Source of the DNA: Trichodelitschia bisporula
Taxonomy: Eukaryota
Reading direction: 5' to 3'
Assembly (NCBI GenBank): GCA_010356995.1
Contig: ML996697.1
Location: 62,001-126,000, forward strand
Length of the DNA stretch: 64,000 bases
Shown piece by piece: positions 51,101 to 62,907 of the stretch. Positions within the stretch are counted from its first letter, which is position 1. Each line of letters begins with the position of its first letter. Under the pieces are notes generated by a model. It was not told where the DNA came from. It saw only the letters and a list, made by a program, of their open reading frames with translations, and did not search any database. A program made the translations under genes and the position numbers.

Positions 51101-53796
51101 CATGCTGCGGGAGTTGAGGGGTTAGGAGGGATAAGGAGATGGAAGTTGAGATTGGAGATTTTTTTTGTCTTTTCGCGTTTCCGATGACGAGGCTGCGACG
51201 ACCAGAGGTTGAGGGGTAGGCGAAAAGGAAACGCCGTCCCGCGGTAAGCTCTCCAAACGATCGGATGAGGGACGGCGCGCACAGAGCGCGTCGTGCCCTT
51301 GGGCCCGCTGCGCGCAAACTGTTCGACGGGCCAGGGCCCCGGTCACGCTACGGCGATCCCGAGCGCAGGGGTCGAGGCGACGCGCGAGGGGTTGAGCCCC
51401 CCCAGCACGACAACTGTTCCACCAGCCCCCCGAGGGATGGAGAGGGGGAGGCCCAAGAGAGGGGCAGGAGCAGAAACATTAACAAGACGAATCACCATCA
51501 CGGAGCGCCCGCTTTGTCATCGCGTGAAGCAAGGGAAAGACTCCTTCTATGACGACGATGAGGGGATGCCGCGCTTCCGCATCGGTAAATTAACTGCAAA
51601 GACGTGGTACGCGGAGGGCGAACCGGGGAGACGATGCTAATTCGGGCGCGGCTTCTACCATTTGTGCACTCCCTTCGGCTCTACCTCCGTCTCTCGCCCG
51701 TCCTCTCGTTCTTCTACGACCAGCAACAGCATGAGGCCAAAGATGTCAACCAATGGAGGGCATATGCTCGCGCGCACACTGGATCCAGACGTCATTGGCT
51801 CGAGCCGGCGCGACCGCGTCAGGAGGTATGAAAGACATTCCCTATGCAAGCGATTGGTGTCGCAGCGGGATTCACACTGCAGGTGGCAGATCTCACGAGG
51901 GGTCCTCGGGGACGCGGAATATATTTCTTTGTGCGGGAGTGAGTGCGCAAGAAACTACCATACTGCTCTAGGTGTACCGTATCGGCAGGGGAGAGCGGCT
52001 TGCCGCGGCCGCCGGAACGCCGACGGCGCGCCCAACGTGATAGGGCTTGGTTCTACGGTACGTGTCTTGCGCCGGTGTCGGCAGCGAGGCAGACAGGACC
52101 GGCCATGCGAAAGCTGTTTCTCTGGGCCGTGGCGCCAAACGCGCGATGACTGCACACTCGTCACGATGGGCGTCAACTTTCGCTGCCGAGATATGCCATC
52201 ATGATGCCACCGCCGCGCACGGTAGCCGAGTGCACGGGAGGCAGCACGCGCCGGGCTTGCATGGCCACGCTGTTGCGATTCGGCGTGCCGCGGGGGAGGG
52301 GTAGGCGGTGGGGCTTGCGGTCCATGGCTTCTGGAACCTGGGCCGCTGGGGGTTGGAAAGAGCCTCGTCTGCTGGGTGAGTGAGCGCGGGCGCTGGGTGC
52401 GGGCGGGGAGGTGGGGTGTGTGCTGAGGGGGTTTTCCCGCATGCGTCAGCGATGCGTTGACGACGGGTCGCGCGTTGCGCGAAGGGTGCAGACCACTGGG
52501 GACCGGTTGTTTTGTTCGTCATCGCTTCGACATGCTCCTGGCCGACAGAGCCTCCAACGAGGGACGGTGGGTGCAAGAGGAGCTCAACTTGTGACAAAAC
52601 AGCCGGTGTAAAATTAGGCTGGGCGGGGGGGGGGTTGGAGGGGTGGTCGGGGGTTACGGCATTTGCCGGGCATGATGTGAGCAACGATGAACAGCGGACA
52701 CAGCCACTTTATGGGGGCGTTGGGCGAATCACTGGGCGCAAGAGTTGATTGTGGCGGTCGGGCCGGGGACTACTGGATTTTGCTGGGGTGGCAGGGCTAC
52801 GATGGGGCGCAGCGAATCATACCAAAGAGGGGAATCCGGCGGCGTGGGGTGCAGGCCCTGCCCTACCGTTAACGAAGAGCACGCACTATGGAGAAAGGGT
52901 TTTGAGGGGATAGGAGTGGAGAAGTGGAGAAGTGAAGAGCAAGGGAAGGAAGAGAGAGAGCAGCATGATATGCGGTAGGGGGGGATATGCGTGAGTACGA
53001 CGCGAGTACTGGGGGCGAGGGGAGCAGCGACGGAGTTTGGGAGAGGAGCAGTATGAAAGAGTAGCGATGTTGCAGAGAAGCGGAGAGAGGAAGGGAAAGA
53101 AGCGGAAAGGAGCGCCACGATAGCCCAAAAGGGATGGCGGACATGATATGGAGGCCATGCAGGGCGCAGGACTAGGCCGCGTCGGATGGACTGGGGCACT
53201 GGAAGAGGCTTAGGGGCTGGCAAGGGGATTAAGGTATTGGGCGATGCTGCTTGGGGATGCAGAAAGGCAGAGTTGTGGCTTGCTTCTCTGGCTTGATGGC
53301 CACACCGACACGTCCGGGGGTTGCTTTGGTGAGTTTGCGCGTCGGAGAGGGCGATCAAGGCGGGAGAATGGCGGAGTTGGCGTGTCAAGGGCTTTTTAAT
53401 TTTGTGGTGCAACTTACGGTACGCATGCCGAACTGTGGACCCATCTTCTTTGAGCCCCGTCACCATGTGCGATGCATGCAACTTGCTCTTTGAGGGGCTT
53501 TAACGAGTTGTTGATATTGTGTCTTCCTTGGTGAGCAGTACGCGACGTACATCACCACAGCCCCAGTAATGCCCTTGCCCCTCCCATACTGCCCATCCTC
53601 TCCTTCCCTGCCTATTCTGTCCATGCCTAGAACTGTAGTCCTTGCCTATTCTCCCTGTCAAGCCACATCAATTCCCCAATCGTCATTATTATCCACCCCA
53701 TAATCCTAGGCAAGGCAACGCCGATGTGTGTGCGCCGCGTGAGTTGTGTGGCATATACCGTACTCTTTTCCCTCTCTATGGCCCACTACTGTAAGG

Positions 53797-53841
53797 CTAC
53801 TACGGACACTACGGGGACTACGGGGACTACGGGGACTATGG
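53797..53841 (+). repeat. 9-bp tandem repeat (ACTACGGGG), ~4-5 copies
   Basis: ctactacggac actacgggg actacgggg actacgggg actatgg. Confidence 0.8.
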
Positions 53842-54840
53842 TGACGACGGTGAGTACGGTCTATCATCCATGCCCCATGTCCATGATGCCATTGGAATGG
53901 CATTGCTTCAATCATCCATGGGTTGCGCGCTCGACTGCCCGCCATTCCCGCCCATCAATTCAACCCCCCGCCTTGCTATTCACACCGGCTTTGGAGGTGA
54001 AGGTTACTATCGGAGCCTACAGCAGACATGCTACAGCAGACATCATACAGAGGCTCCCTATCCACACACGGTCCAAGGAAAGCACCCGCCTGCGCCATCA
54101 AAGCAAAGGGGATGCGACCGTCGACGCCGCCATCGTTTGCTGGAAGCCTGGAAGCATCTCTTGCCGCGCCTCTTTTTCAGTCGTGTCCATGAATCTCTTT
54201 TTTGCTTGCGTCCACTCCCATTCGACCACCCACCATCGCTCCATCGCTCCACACACATCCCCACCCCTCTTTAATCCATGTCATGGTAAACTGAGTTATG
54301 TCTGCTTGTCACTGAGCATTGTTCATGCCTCATAAGTTTGGGGGCCGCGAGATATCCCACCAACTATACATAGACCCAACTTCGCCTCCCTTCCCCCTCC
54401 CCCAATCCCAACCCACCATCACCTCCACATTCATCACCACAGTCCCAAACATCGAGGAATACTTGGACCACTTGTAGGACTACACAAAAGACATCACAAT
54501 TCCCCATCGCCATCTGGAACCGCCTTCAAACAAAAATCTTCCGGGTCTGGACTCTCTCTGGCGCATCCCCCCCCTCACTCTCCCCTCCACCCCCACCAAC
54601 ATCCGCGTTCGGTAAAAGTATCTGGCGATCTCTTTCCCGTGTGTTCACGCCGAAGTCACCTAAACAAGAATCCTGCCTGGTCGGAAGCAGCCATCCCTTC
54701 GCCCATCTCGAACCATATCCCTCCACCATCCAATCCTCGCGCCCAAGACACCTCCCCCGCGTGATTTTAACTCGCTGAAAACGCTTTCGCTTCCCACCCC
54801 ATCGATCGTTGAACAGGAAAAACGCCTCTTCGGTTGTTTT

Positions 54841-55082
54841 GTATGTACGTGCATGTAAGTGTCCACCCCGTGCAAAAGCCATCTCCCCTTTCTCCGCTGC
54901 CCTCTCCACCACTCCCACACCTCCGTTCCCCTCTACATGACCACCGATGCTTGTTGGCCAATCATGCCTTGGGCGGCAACTATCCCTCCATCCTGGCCCC
55001 CAACCTCTGTTTTTATATTACTTTGTTACTCCGCCCACTCGGAATTACAACACCAAAAGCCCTCTTGCTGATGTTAGCTTAG
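54841..55082 (+). other. probable 5'-UTR intron of the C2H2 gene
   Basis: Clustered donors (GTATGT at 54841, then GTACGT and GTAAGT), a GCTGAT branch-like site and TTAG acceptors just upstream of the ATG. Confidence 0.45.
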
Positions 55083-55144
55083 AAAGAGGATTGCCTCACG
55101 GTGCTACCACCGTTTTCCTGTGACGAGATAAATACCTGTCCGGC

Positions 55145-57106
55145 ATGACATCGTTCGCCTTCCCACCCACCATGGCTACCCACCACTTCGACCCGTACTC
55201 GTCCCACGACGCCTTTACAGACTACTCCGCTACGTCACAACCATTCCCTCCCGCAACATCCTACCAGGAGAGCCAATTCCTAACCGCCTTGTCCTCCATC
55301 GACTCCTATGCCCCCCTCACTGCCTACTCGGACATCTCCCGTTCCCAGGACTCCTTCACCGTCGACCCCCAAACTCACATGAAGCCCCACACCTACAGTC
55401 CCGACCTCTCCGAAGCAGGCCGCATGGCACCTCCCAACCTCTCCACCTCCTCCGAGTCCGGCACCTCGGCGCGAAGCACGTCGTCCTCGGCCATGGCCTC
55501 ACCGCACCTGCAGCCACAGTACCCCGCCGATCCATGGAACCGGTTGCTCCCCGGCGGCCAGGGCCTGGGTCTGGCGACGGACATGGCGGCGCAGGACGTG
55601 TTTGCGCGCGAGCCGTACTTTGTGTCGAGCGTCGAGCAGCATAACGGCTTGGTGGCTGCCGACAAGCTTCCCGGGTTCGTGGGTGAGTCTCCAGCTTCCG
55701 TACCGTACGACTCTTCACCACTCTTTTCTCCGCGCTTTTCTCCTGCTACTCCTCGCCCTTCTGTTTCTTCTCTGCGTGTTGGTGATCGCGTCCTCCCTGT
55801 TCCGCCGGTCTTGCCTTCTCAACGGGATGGCCGCAGTCCACGCCCACTTGATGAGGCGTTCAAATCGCCTGGGTTGCCGGCCAGTCGACTGTCAGTACCC
55901 AAATCACCAGGCCACAGATACCACCCCTACAGTGCGAGGCCTGGGTCGCGGAGGAATTCTCTTTTATCGCAGCAAGTTTATCCTGCTGCTCCCGATTCTG
56001 CTTCTCCTGTTTCCAGTCAGCAGAAGTCTCCATGTTCGTCGTTTCCTGCGCCTGCTTCATTCTCTTTGCCGCCACTGCTATCTGAAGCGCCGAAGCTGAC
56101 CAGCCTTGCTACAGACCCGTCCATCCTGAATCCCTTCCCCTCGCCCCTTCCCTACCCTGGATACGCCGACCTCAACGCCTCTTCTCCCCAGCTCTTCAAG
56201 CAACCTCCCTCTCCCACCCCCTCCAACGCCTCCGCCCGCAGCCAAACCGGAAAAGTCAAGCCCTCTCCTCACCAATCCCCCTACCTGCACACCCAGTCCT
56301 TCCAACCCTACTACCCCCAGGGCCGGCGATCATCCGTCTCGTCCCTCCACTCGCGGCACTCGCAACACAGCGGCAGCTTCGAACCCACTGACGAAGAACG
56401 CGAGAAAGGCCTCTGCCCGATCCCCGATTGTGGCCGCGTATTCAAGGACCTAAAAGCCCACCTCCTCACCCACCAGGACGAGCGGCCCGAGAAATGCCCC
56501 ATCCAGAGCTGCGAATACCACGGCAAGGGCTTCGCGCGGAAGTACGACAAGAACCGGCACACGTTGACGCACTACAAGGGGACCATGGTGTGCGGCTTCT
56601 GCCCCGGCAGCGGGAGCGCGGCGGAGAAATCCTTCAACCGCGCCGACGTGTTCAAGCGCCACCTCACCTCCGTGCACGGCGTCGAGCAGGCGCCCCCTAA
56701 TAGCCGGCGCAAGTCGCCGACGGTCAAGAAGCCCGGCTTCGCGATGACATCGTCGGCCGGCACGTGCTCCACCTGCAGCGTCACCTTCGCCAACGCGCAG
56801 GACTTCTACGAGCATCTCGACGACTGCGTGCTGCGCGTCGTGCAGCAGATCGACCCCGCCGAGGGCATCAACCACAAGAACCTGTCGTCCATCGCCGAGG
56901 ACGCGGGCGTCAAGGCCACGCTCGACCGGCACAACTTGTCTGGCGAGGAGGGCGCGCCCGTCGAGCCCGCGGACGAGGACGACGACGAGGACGAGGAGGA
57001 GCTGGAGGCGGACGATGCCGCGGATGGCACGTATGTTGGGCGTGGATCCCGCAAGGCCGGCTCGGCTGCTAAGCGTCGCTCCGCCGGCTCCGCGAGTTCG
57101 AGTTGA
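55145..57106 (+). CDS. C2H2 zinc-finger transcription factor (short form ending at the UGA)
   Basis: CPIPDCGRVFKDLKAHLLTH, CPIQSCEYHGKGFARKYDKNRHTLTH, CGFC...FNRADVFKRHLTSVH and CSTC..TF......YEHLDDC, with an S/P-rich N-terminus and an acidic tail. Confidence 0.92.
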   Translation: MTSFAFPPTMATHHFDPYSSHDAFTDYSATSQPFPPATSYQESQFLTALSSIDSYAPLTAYSDISRSQDSFTVDPQTHMKPHTYSPDLSEAGRMAPPNLSTSSESGTSARSTSSSAMASPHLQPQYPADPWNRLLPGGQGLGLATDMAAQDVFAREPYFVSSVEQHNGLVAADKLPGFVGESPASVPYDSSPLFSPRFSPATPRPSVSSLRVGDRVLPVPPVLPSQRDGRSPRPLDEAFKSPGLPASRLSVPKSPGHRYHPYSARPGSRRNSLLSQQVYPAAPDSASPVSSQQKSPCSSFPAPASFSLPPLLSEAPKLTSLATDPSILNPFPSPLPYPGYADLNASSPQLFKQPPSPTPSNASARSQTGKVKPSPHQSPYLHTQSFQPYYPQGRRSSVSSLHSRHSQHSGSFEPTDEEREKGLCPIPDCGRVFKDLKAHLLTHQDERPEKCPIQSCEYHGKGFARKYDKNRHTLTHYKGTMVCGFCPGSGSAAEKSFNRADVFKRHLTSVHGVEQAPPNSRRKSPTVKKPGFAMTSSAGTCSTCSVTFANAQDFYEHLDDCVLRVVQQIDPAEGINHKNLSSIAEDAGVKATLDRHNLSGEEGAPVEPADEDDDEDEEELEADDAADGTYVGRGSRKAGSAAKRRSAGSASSS

Positions 57107-57589
57107 CAATTAGCACACCTCGCGCGTGGCGGTGACAACATGCACGCGCAGGGTGGGCGATCGGAAACCAAGTCTGCGAGCGGTGGGTCCGGCGGTGCAG
57201 GTGGTCCCGGGAATCGCGTGGCGAAGCGGCCGCGCACGGGGCTTACGCTGAGCAAGGGCGGAGTGACGTTACACGGTCCCGCGATGAGCGGGCGCAAGAA
57301 GCGGCGCAATTATCCCGCGAGCTGGGGCAGCAGTGCCGAGAAGATGAAGATGAAGAAGAGGGTGCTGTGTGTGTATGATGGGCCCCGCCGCTTGTGGAAG
57401 GATGATATGATGATGGATGGGGAGTATGAGGTGCGGGTTGCGTTGCCGGGGGGTGATGGGCGCGCGTATGTGACCGATCTTGATGTACGCACGCTTGAGA
57501 GGGCGGTTGCGCTGCATGGTGCTACGGAGGAGGAGCGCGGGCCGTGGGTGCCGGATAATGTGCTCTGGGATGAGGGCGAGGGGTGGTGA
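57107..57589 (+). CDS. in-frame C-terminal extension (160 codons) of the C2H2 factor, reachable by UGA readthrough
   Basis: Same frame as the upstream ORF and stop-free. It is ordered and protein-like (RKKRRNYPASWG...KKRVLCVYDGPRRLWKDDMM...AYVTDLDVRTL...EEERGPW). The stop context is TGA CAA TTA plus a hairpin. Confidence 0.7.
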   Translation, partial: QLAHLARGGDNMHAQGGRSETKSASGGSGGAGGPGNRVAKRPRTGLTLSKGGVTLHGPAMSGRKKRRNYPASWGSSAEKMKMKKRVLCVYDGPRRLWKDDMMMDGEYEVRVALPGGDGRAYVTDLDVRTLERAVALHGATEEERGPWVPDNVLWDEGEGW

Positions 57590-60512
57590 TTTGTACTTGT
57601 ACCCTGATGTTGACGGCTCTTTAAGCGTATTTACGGCCTTGGATGGGAGGGGCAGGGAAGGTTGTAACCTTTGTCCTCTTGGGTTTTTAGGCGCATTGCG
57701 AGGGGATTTGAGCGTTTTTTCCTCTGGAGGATTTGGGGAAAATGGGATGGCACGAATGTGTGGGTCACGTACGTATCGATGAATTCGGACGTCTACTTTT
57801 TTTGATTGCTAGGCGCTCGTTTTGCTGGGGGTGCATGGGATATTCACCGGCCTCATCGCTCGGTACAGTGGGAACTCGATTTAACTCCGTCGGGTACAAT
57901 GACGGGGTAGCCTTGTGCCTTTGTCGTCCCTATCAGTCGTCTGTGGATCGCATCTCTTCATGCGCAGGATTAAGGCGATCGGAGGACGACTGACGGTGGC
58001 CATGCAGGCGTAAGGTCATCTGGCCATTGTACCTGGTGGGGACACAGTCATGAATAATGAGTTTTAATCAAGGTTTTGCTGTGACTGAGTGTGAGGTCTT
58101 TGAATGTGGGCAGTGAGGCTGTGCCCAGCAATTCCCGTTTTGTGGAGTGGTGAGGCACGTGATTCAGCCTGCTGCGACGCCGAGTCTACGGCTTCAATGA
58201 GGAATCGCCCAGCGAGTGTTACATCCGACGGAGGGACAACGGACGGGGCTTTCTCTGCTCTTAACTTAAGTTTGGAAGGCAGCTGGAGGAGCGCGCGCTT
58301 ATGAGGTTCTGCTTCTGTCTGGGGGAAGGGAGGTGGCTGGGGTGGGTGATGTTCCGTGTCTGGATTCGAATGTTGCTCTTGTGATCTGTCCCATGTCATC
58401 TGTCGCCGGTCATGGATAGTCCATTGCGGATAAAGATGTCTGGCTGTCTACCTGCCCTTGCCGCAGTGGGAGGTGCCGCGGAGGCCCCTGCCCGAGATCC
58501 CGCTGTTGCCATTCGGGCCGCGGGGAAGGACTGCTGCGAGGCTTGCGGACATCGGATGTTGGCAGGTCAGTTGAGAAATGGTGCTTGAGGTAGGAGAATG
58601 CAATTATTGCTGATAACCAGGCCCGACTGCGGTAGTGGCAGTGATGTCTGCTTTGGTAGTGGGCGGGATGAGGGAACGCGAGTGAGAACCAGTACCAGGA
58701 AACTGAAATGAAGAACAAAAAGGGCTCATCCTCCCTTTGGAGGTTCAGTTTTCGATGGAGCATACATACTGTAGACAGTTTTCGGTATGCCCCATGTGTG
58801 TAGGCTCAGCTCAGATGCTGCCCCGATCTCCTTCCTAGAGAGCGTTACCGACAGCCAGTGCCGCACGCTTTATTGGCTCCTCCCACGCGAGGATATTGGC
58901 TCTCCCTCACAGGACTCGCAAAACCACTTCGAATTCAAATCTCAGAGTCATCTGACGCCGGTGACAATGCCGAAGATGAGCTAGCAGCTTCCGCAAACGT
59001 CTGAACGCACTGTGAGCTGTGAAAAATATGATCAACAAATGTTGTGCAGCTTGCCGATGGTCTCTAGCGGCGCCATTCGCAATGCTTTGCTTGGTGCTCC
59101 TTGATAATCCCCTCGGAGTGCTGATACAGAGAGCATCAAGCAAAGCTTCGCAAATGGCGCCGCCAGGGACCTATCGGAAAGTTACACAAATCGTGGATCA
59201 TATTTTTCATAGCACACAGCGCATCCAGACGGTTGCAGAGCGTTTGCAGACAGACGAACTGTCGGCCATGTCTGTCTACCGTCTTATTATCAACGGCGGT
59301 GTTCAATGGAATTCCACGGTGACGGAAGATGTCGGGCTTCCTTCAGCATTCGCTGCAGTTTAGTGGCCGTCGGGAAAGTTTGCTCGAGATGGCAAGAGAT
59401 CTGTAGCGAAATAGCCCAACGATGGGTTTATCGTTTTCATGTGAGCGGGATGGATCGATATGCTCGATGTCCCTTTCCGAGGCTCAGGGCGTATCTGTCG
59501 CTCGTGGTCAGTGAGTAAACGGAACTTGAGCAGAATGACGTACTGTTATGTGATGAAGTGGCAGAGACCTGATGCCAAAAGGTGTCGTCTCTCGGCGAAT
59601 CTCCCATCTGAGAGCCAGTGGGTAATATGAGGTGGAGTTGGTGCTGTGAGATGGCTGAGGAATGATGGAGCCCTCAGGACAGATAAAGTGGAGAGGGGTA
59701 CATAAGAAAGTCGCTGCATGCTAATGGGTGGAGTATGGCGAGGCCGGCGGCAACTATATCTACGGATAAACAGTCTCTCCTTACCCCGGTCGACGCGGGA
59801 TGAGGGCCAGCTGTACATTCACCCAACTGGCAGCTGACGCCGTACTCCGAAGCATGACTTGACTACATCAAACAGCCTTTCTGTTCGTCTTCCCGCCGAA
59901 CAGTCCAACAAGTAGACGAGATAAAAGCTCCTCCCTTTTATTCCGTCTCTCGTCCCCTCCCTCAAGTCCTCCCAGCATCGCATCCTCCGCGTCCCGAGCT
60001 TCTCCCCTCACGACGCCTGCAAGCGCCGCGCCATCTGCCCTATCCTCCCCCGTCCTGCCCCGCTCAAGAGTGGGGGTGTAGTTCTAGACGAAGGCGCGCC
60101 CAGCTCCCACCCCAAACCTGACGCCTGCGCGAGTACAACATCCCGACGGCTGTAACAACAACGCATGAGCTCGTTGGGTGTGTGAGATATACGGGAACGG
60201 GTTGCAGCAGCGCACTCTCCTCGGGTCTCCCTCAAGACACCACCCCCACGGTTCGCGGCCCCTCGACCCCCAACTTCACACAGCGGAGCGCATTACGTGC
60301 CGCGTCCAAGAGGGTGTCGCTCTAGGTCGACGGGCTGAGGAAGACGTATCTGAGTGCGAGACGGGAGATACGTGTCGCTTCAGTTCCTCGTCGGCGTGGT
60401 ACTCCAACTTGTTCCACGCGAAACAGGCACTCGGACGCTCGCCGACCCCGCTCTTGAGGGAGTAGGCCTCACCATCCACATCTGTTCTACGCTCGCTACG
60501 TTCCCACTCAGC

Positions 60513-62907
60513 ATGCCTCGTTCGGCCGACATCACTGCCGCCCCGCGCGAGCGTGAACGCAAGGGCAGCGTTGCGGATCCTATTGATCCGAACCCAACCC
60601 CGCTCGCAAGTGCGCAGCCGACTGTGTTCTTCCTCGCGAGAGAAGGCGACGTGGAGAGGGCGTTGATGGGGGAGGAGCATGAAGACGAGAAGAAGCGGCG
60701 GAGAGCTGATGGGAATCCTACTGCCGAGGAACGTGTAGAAGGGACGGGACATACGGGCCCGGCTTATGGTGTTGGCTCTGTTCACACCACGCATGCTTTC
60801 TCCCAACAGCGCCGTCCCTCCAGGGCGAATACTATTTCCCGCCCGCTCACGCCGCTGCAGCTCGCCAGTCCCGGGCCTGAATCTGTAGTCCCGAGCACGC
60901 CCAAGTCCGGCAGTTTCCGGAGCTTGCGGCTGAGTGACGGAGAGGAAGCTGATGCTGCGAGCCAGGCGATCGAGTCAAGCGATGAGGAAGATGTCGCACC
61001 ACCACACTTCGGATTGCGTGGTAATGCGCCCGAGCTCGTAATGCCGAGTCTGGCCATGCCGACCCGCCGGCCGTTTACCGAACGCGGCCGGTTGATGGGT
61101 AGGGTGAAGGTTTGCGTCGTTGGGCCTCCTGGTGCGCCTCTCGTTCTCGCGTTAAAGCCGAGCTAACAGATGCAGGCTCCGGAAAAACTAGCTTCATCCG
61201 CGCCCTCGTGCAGTCATGCGAGGACATCGTGCATTTGGACCCGATCTCAACGAGTGGGCCGACTTTCCATGCGTCACCGGCGTCCAAGAAGACTCGGAGG
61301 AAGCGCGGGACGGAGACGGCGCAGATCACAGAGATTTATGCCAGCACTAGAGCATATCCTGGCTGGTGGTCGGACCTGGAGGAGAGCAGAATACTGCGGC
61401 GGCGTAAGAGTATGGGCGATACGGTTCTGGAACGCAACGTTTGCTTCATTGATACCCCCGGATGCAACTACACTCATTCCACGTCGGATGGTCCGGATCC
61501 CGTTGTGCGCTACTTGGAGGAGCTCCTGCATAAGAATGCGTCTATCTCAACAATGCAGGATAGCGAGCTCCTCGGCTTGTTGACTGGTGATGGAGGCGTT
61601 CAGGTCGATGTTGTGCTTTACGTTTTCTCTCACAGTATGTGCCCCCTTTGTCTGAAGGTGCAAGGCTGACGTTCCCAGAAATGAGCTGCTTGCAAGACAT
61701 TGATTACTTCAAGCGCCTATCTGAACTTACCAACGTTATACCCGTCATCGGAAAGGCTGATCTGCTGAGCCCGCAGGCGATGGCCGATCTCAAGACCTCA
61801 ATACTGAACCAACTTCATACGTATTCTGCGAGACCGTTCCTCTTCGGGAAATCCGCCGAGGACATCATGCAAGTAACAGCAACCACTCTCCCAGCATCGG
61901 CGCCATCTCAGTCACCTGCCTCCGAAGCAGTTGCAACATCTCCGCCACCTCCGGAGCATCGTCCAACTTCCACCGAACCTCCATCTTACTCCGACATTCT
62001 ACCTCCCTTTGCCATTTCCACCCTCCACGGCTCCGACGATCTGGAAATGGACGCCTCCCTCCTCATGTCGTCCACCTACACGCCCCCACTAATGGGCTCC
62101 GACCTCTCACATTTCGTAGAATTACTCCTCGATCCCTCAACAATCGCCTGGCTGCGCCATACCGCGGCCCGGAAGTTCCTCACCTGGCGCTCCCGCAAGC
62201 CATCATCCCTGGACAGCAGCACGGCAGGTCCCAGGTCAAATCGCCTCGTCACCCGCGGCTCAAGCATGAGCCTCGGATCCCCGACTCTCAACACAGGACA
62301 CGGGCTCGCATCGCCCATGACCGACTCACCCGCCCTATTCACCTCACACACAATGATGGAGCGCATCTCACCCTTCAATCTCTCCAGCAGCGCACACCTC
62401 AGTGACTTCACCCGCGCCAGCCTGCGCGACCACGCCGCGCAGGAGGAACGTCTGGCGCAGATGCAACTCGCGCGGTGGGCGGCTGAAGTCCAGCGCGCGC
62501 TGCGCGCCGAGCGCGAACGCTTCGAGATGGTGGCAAAGGGGGAGAGGGCGCGGTGGTTGCTGGAGCGGATTGGCGAGGAGGTCAAGGCGGGGGGGGTGGG
62601 GGTTGTTGAGGGGGGGAAGCTGGAGTTGCCGAGGTGGGCGAGTAAGAAGGAGAAGAAAGTGGCTAAGGGGAGGGGGTTTGTTGGTGAGTTACCGGCGTGG
62701 GCGAGGAGGAGTGAGGAGAGGAAGAGGGTGTTTGATCCGGCTGATCCGCTTGGGCTGCTGGAGTGGGGGGATGGGGCGAGGAGGGCGGTGGGTGTTGTTG
62801 TTAGGGTTTTGGAGGGGGGGGTGGTTGTGGGTGCGGTTTGGTGGGCTGTGGCGCGGATTTTGGGGTGGGATCAGGAGAGGGGGGGGTGGTTGCCTGTGTG
62901 GTGGTGA
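60513..62907 (+). CDS. septin-like P-loop GTPase-domain protein with a C-terminal transmembrane segment; introns 61132..61175 and 61635..61678
   Basis: KVCVVGPP|GSGKTS (G1), FIDTPG (G3), VDVVLYVF and NVIPVIGKADLL (septin G4), then a coiled coil and a hydrophobic C-terminus. Confidence 0.85.

Noticed and set aside
57031..57200. Canonical intron removing the C2H2 stop codon
   Set aside because: The GTATGT donor gives frameshifts with the nearby YAG/AAG acceptors. Frame-restoring options need poor donors (GTGGAT, GTCGCT) or a GAG acceptor. Not excluded without RNA data.
57140..57589. Independent 149-aa gene
   Set aside because: Its ATG is only 33 nt after the upstream stop, in the same frame and within the hairpin, leaving no room for a terminator and promoter.
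57750..60350. Short ORFs between the C2H2 and septin-like genes
   Set aside because: No recognisable product or coherent exon structure.
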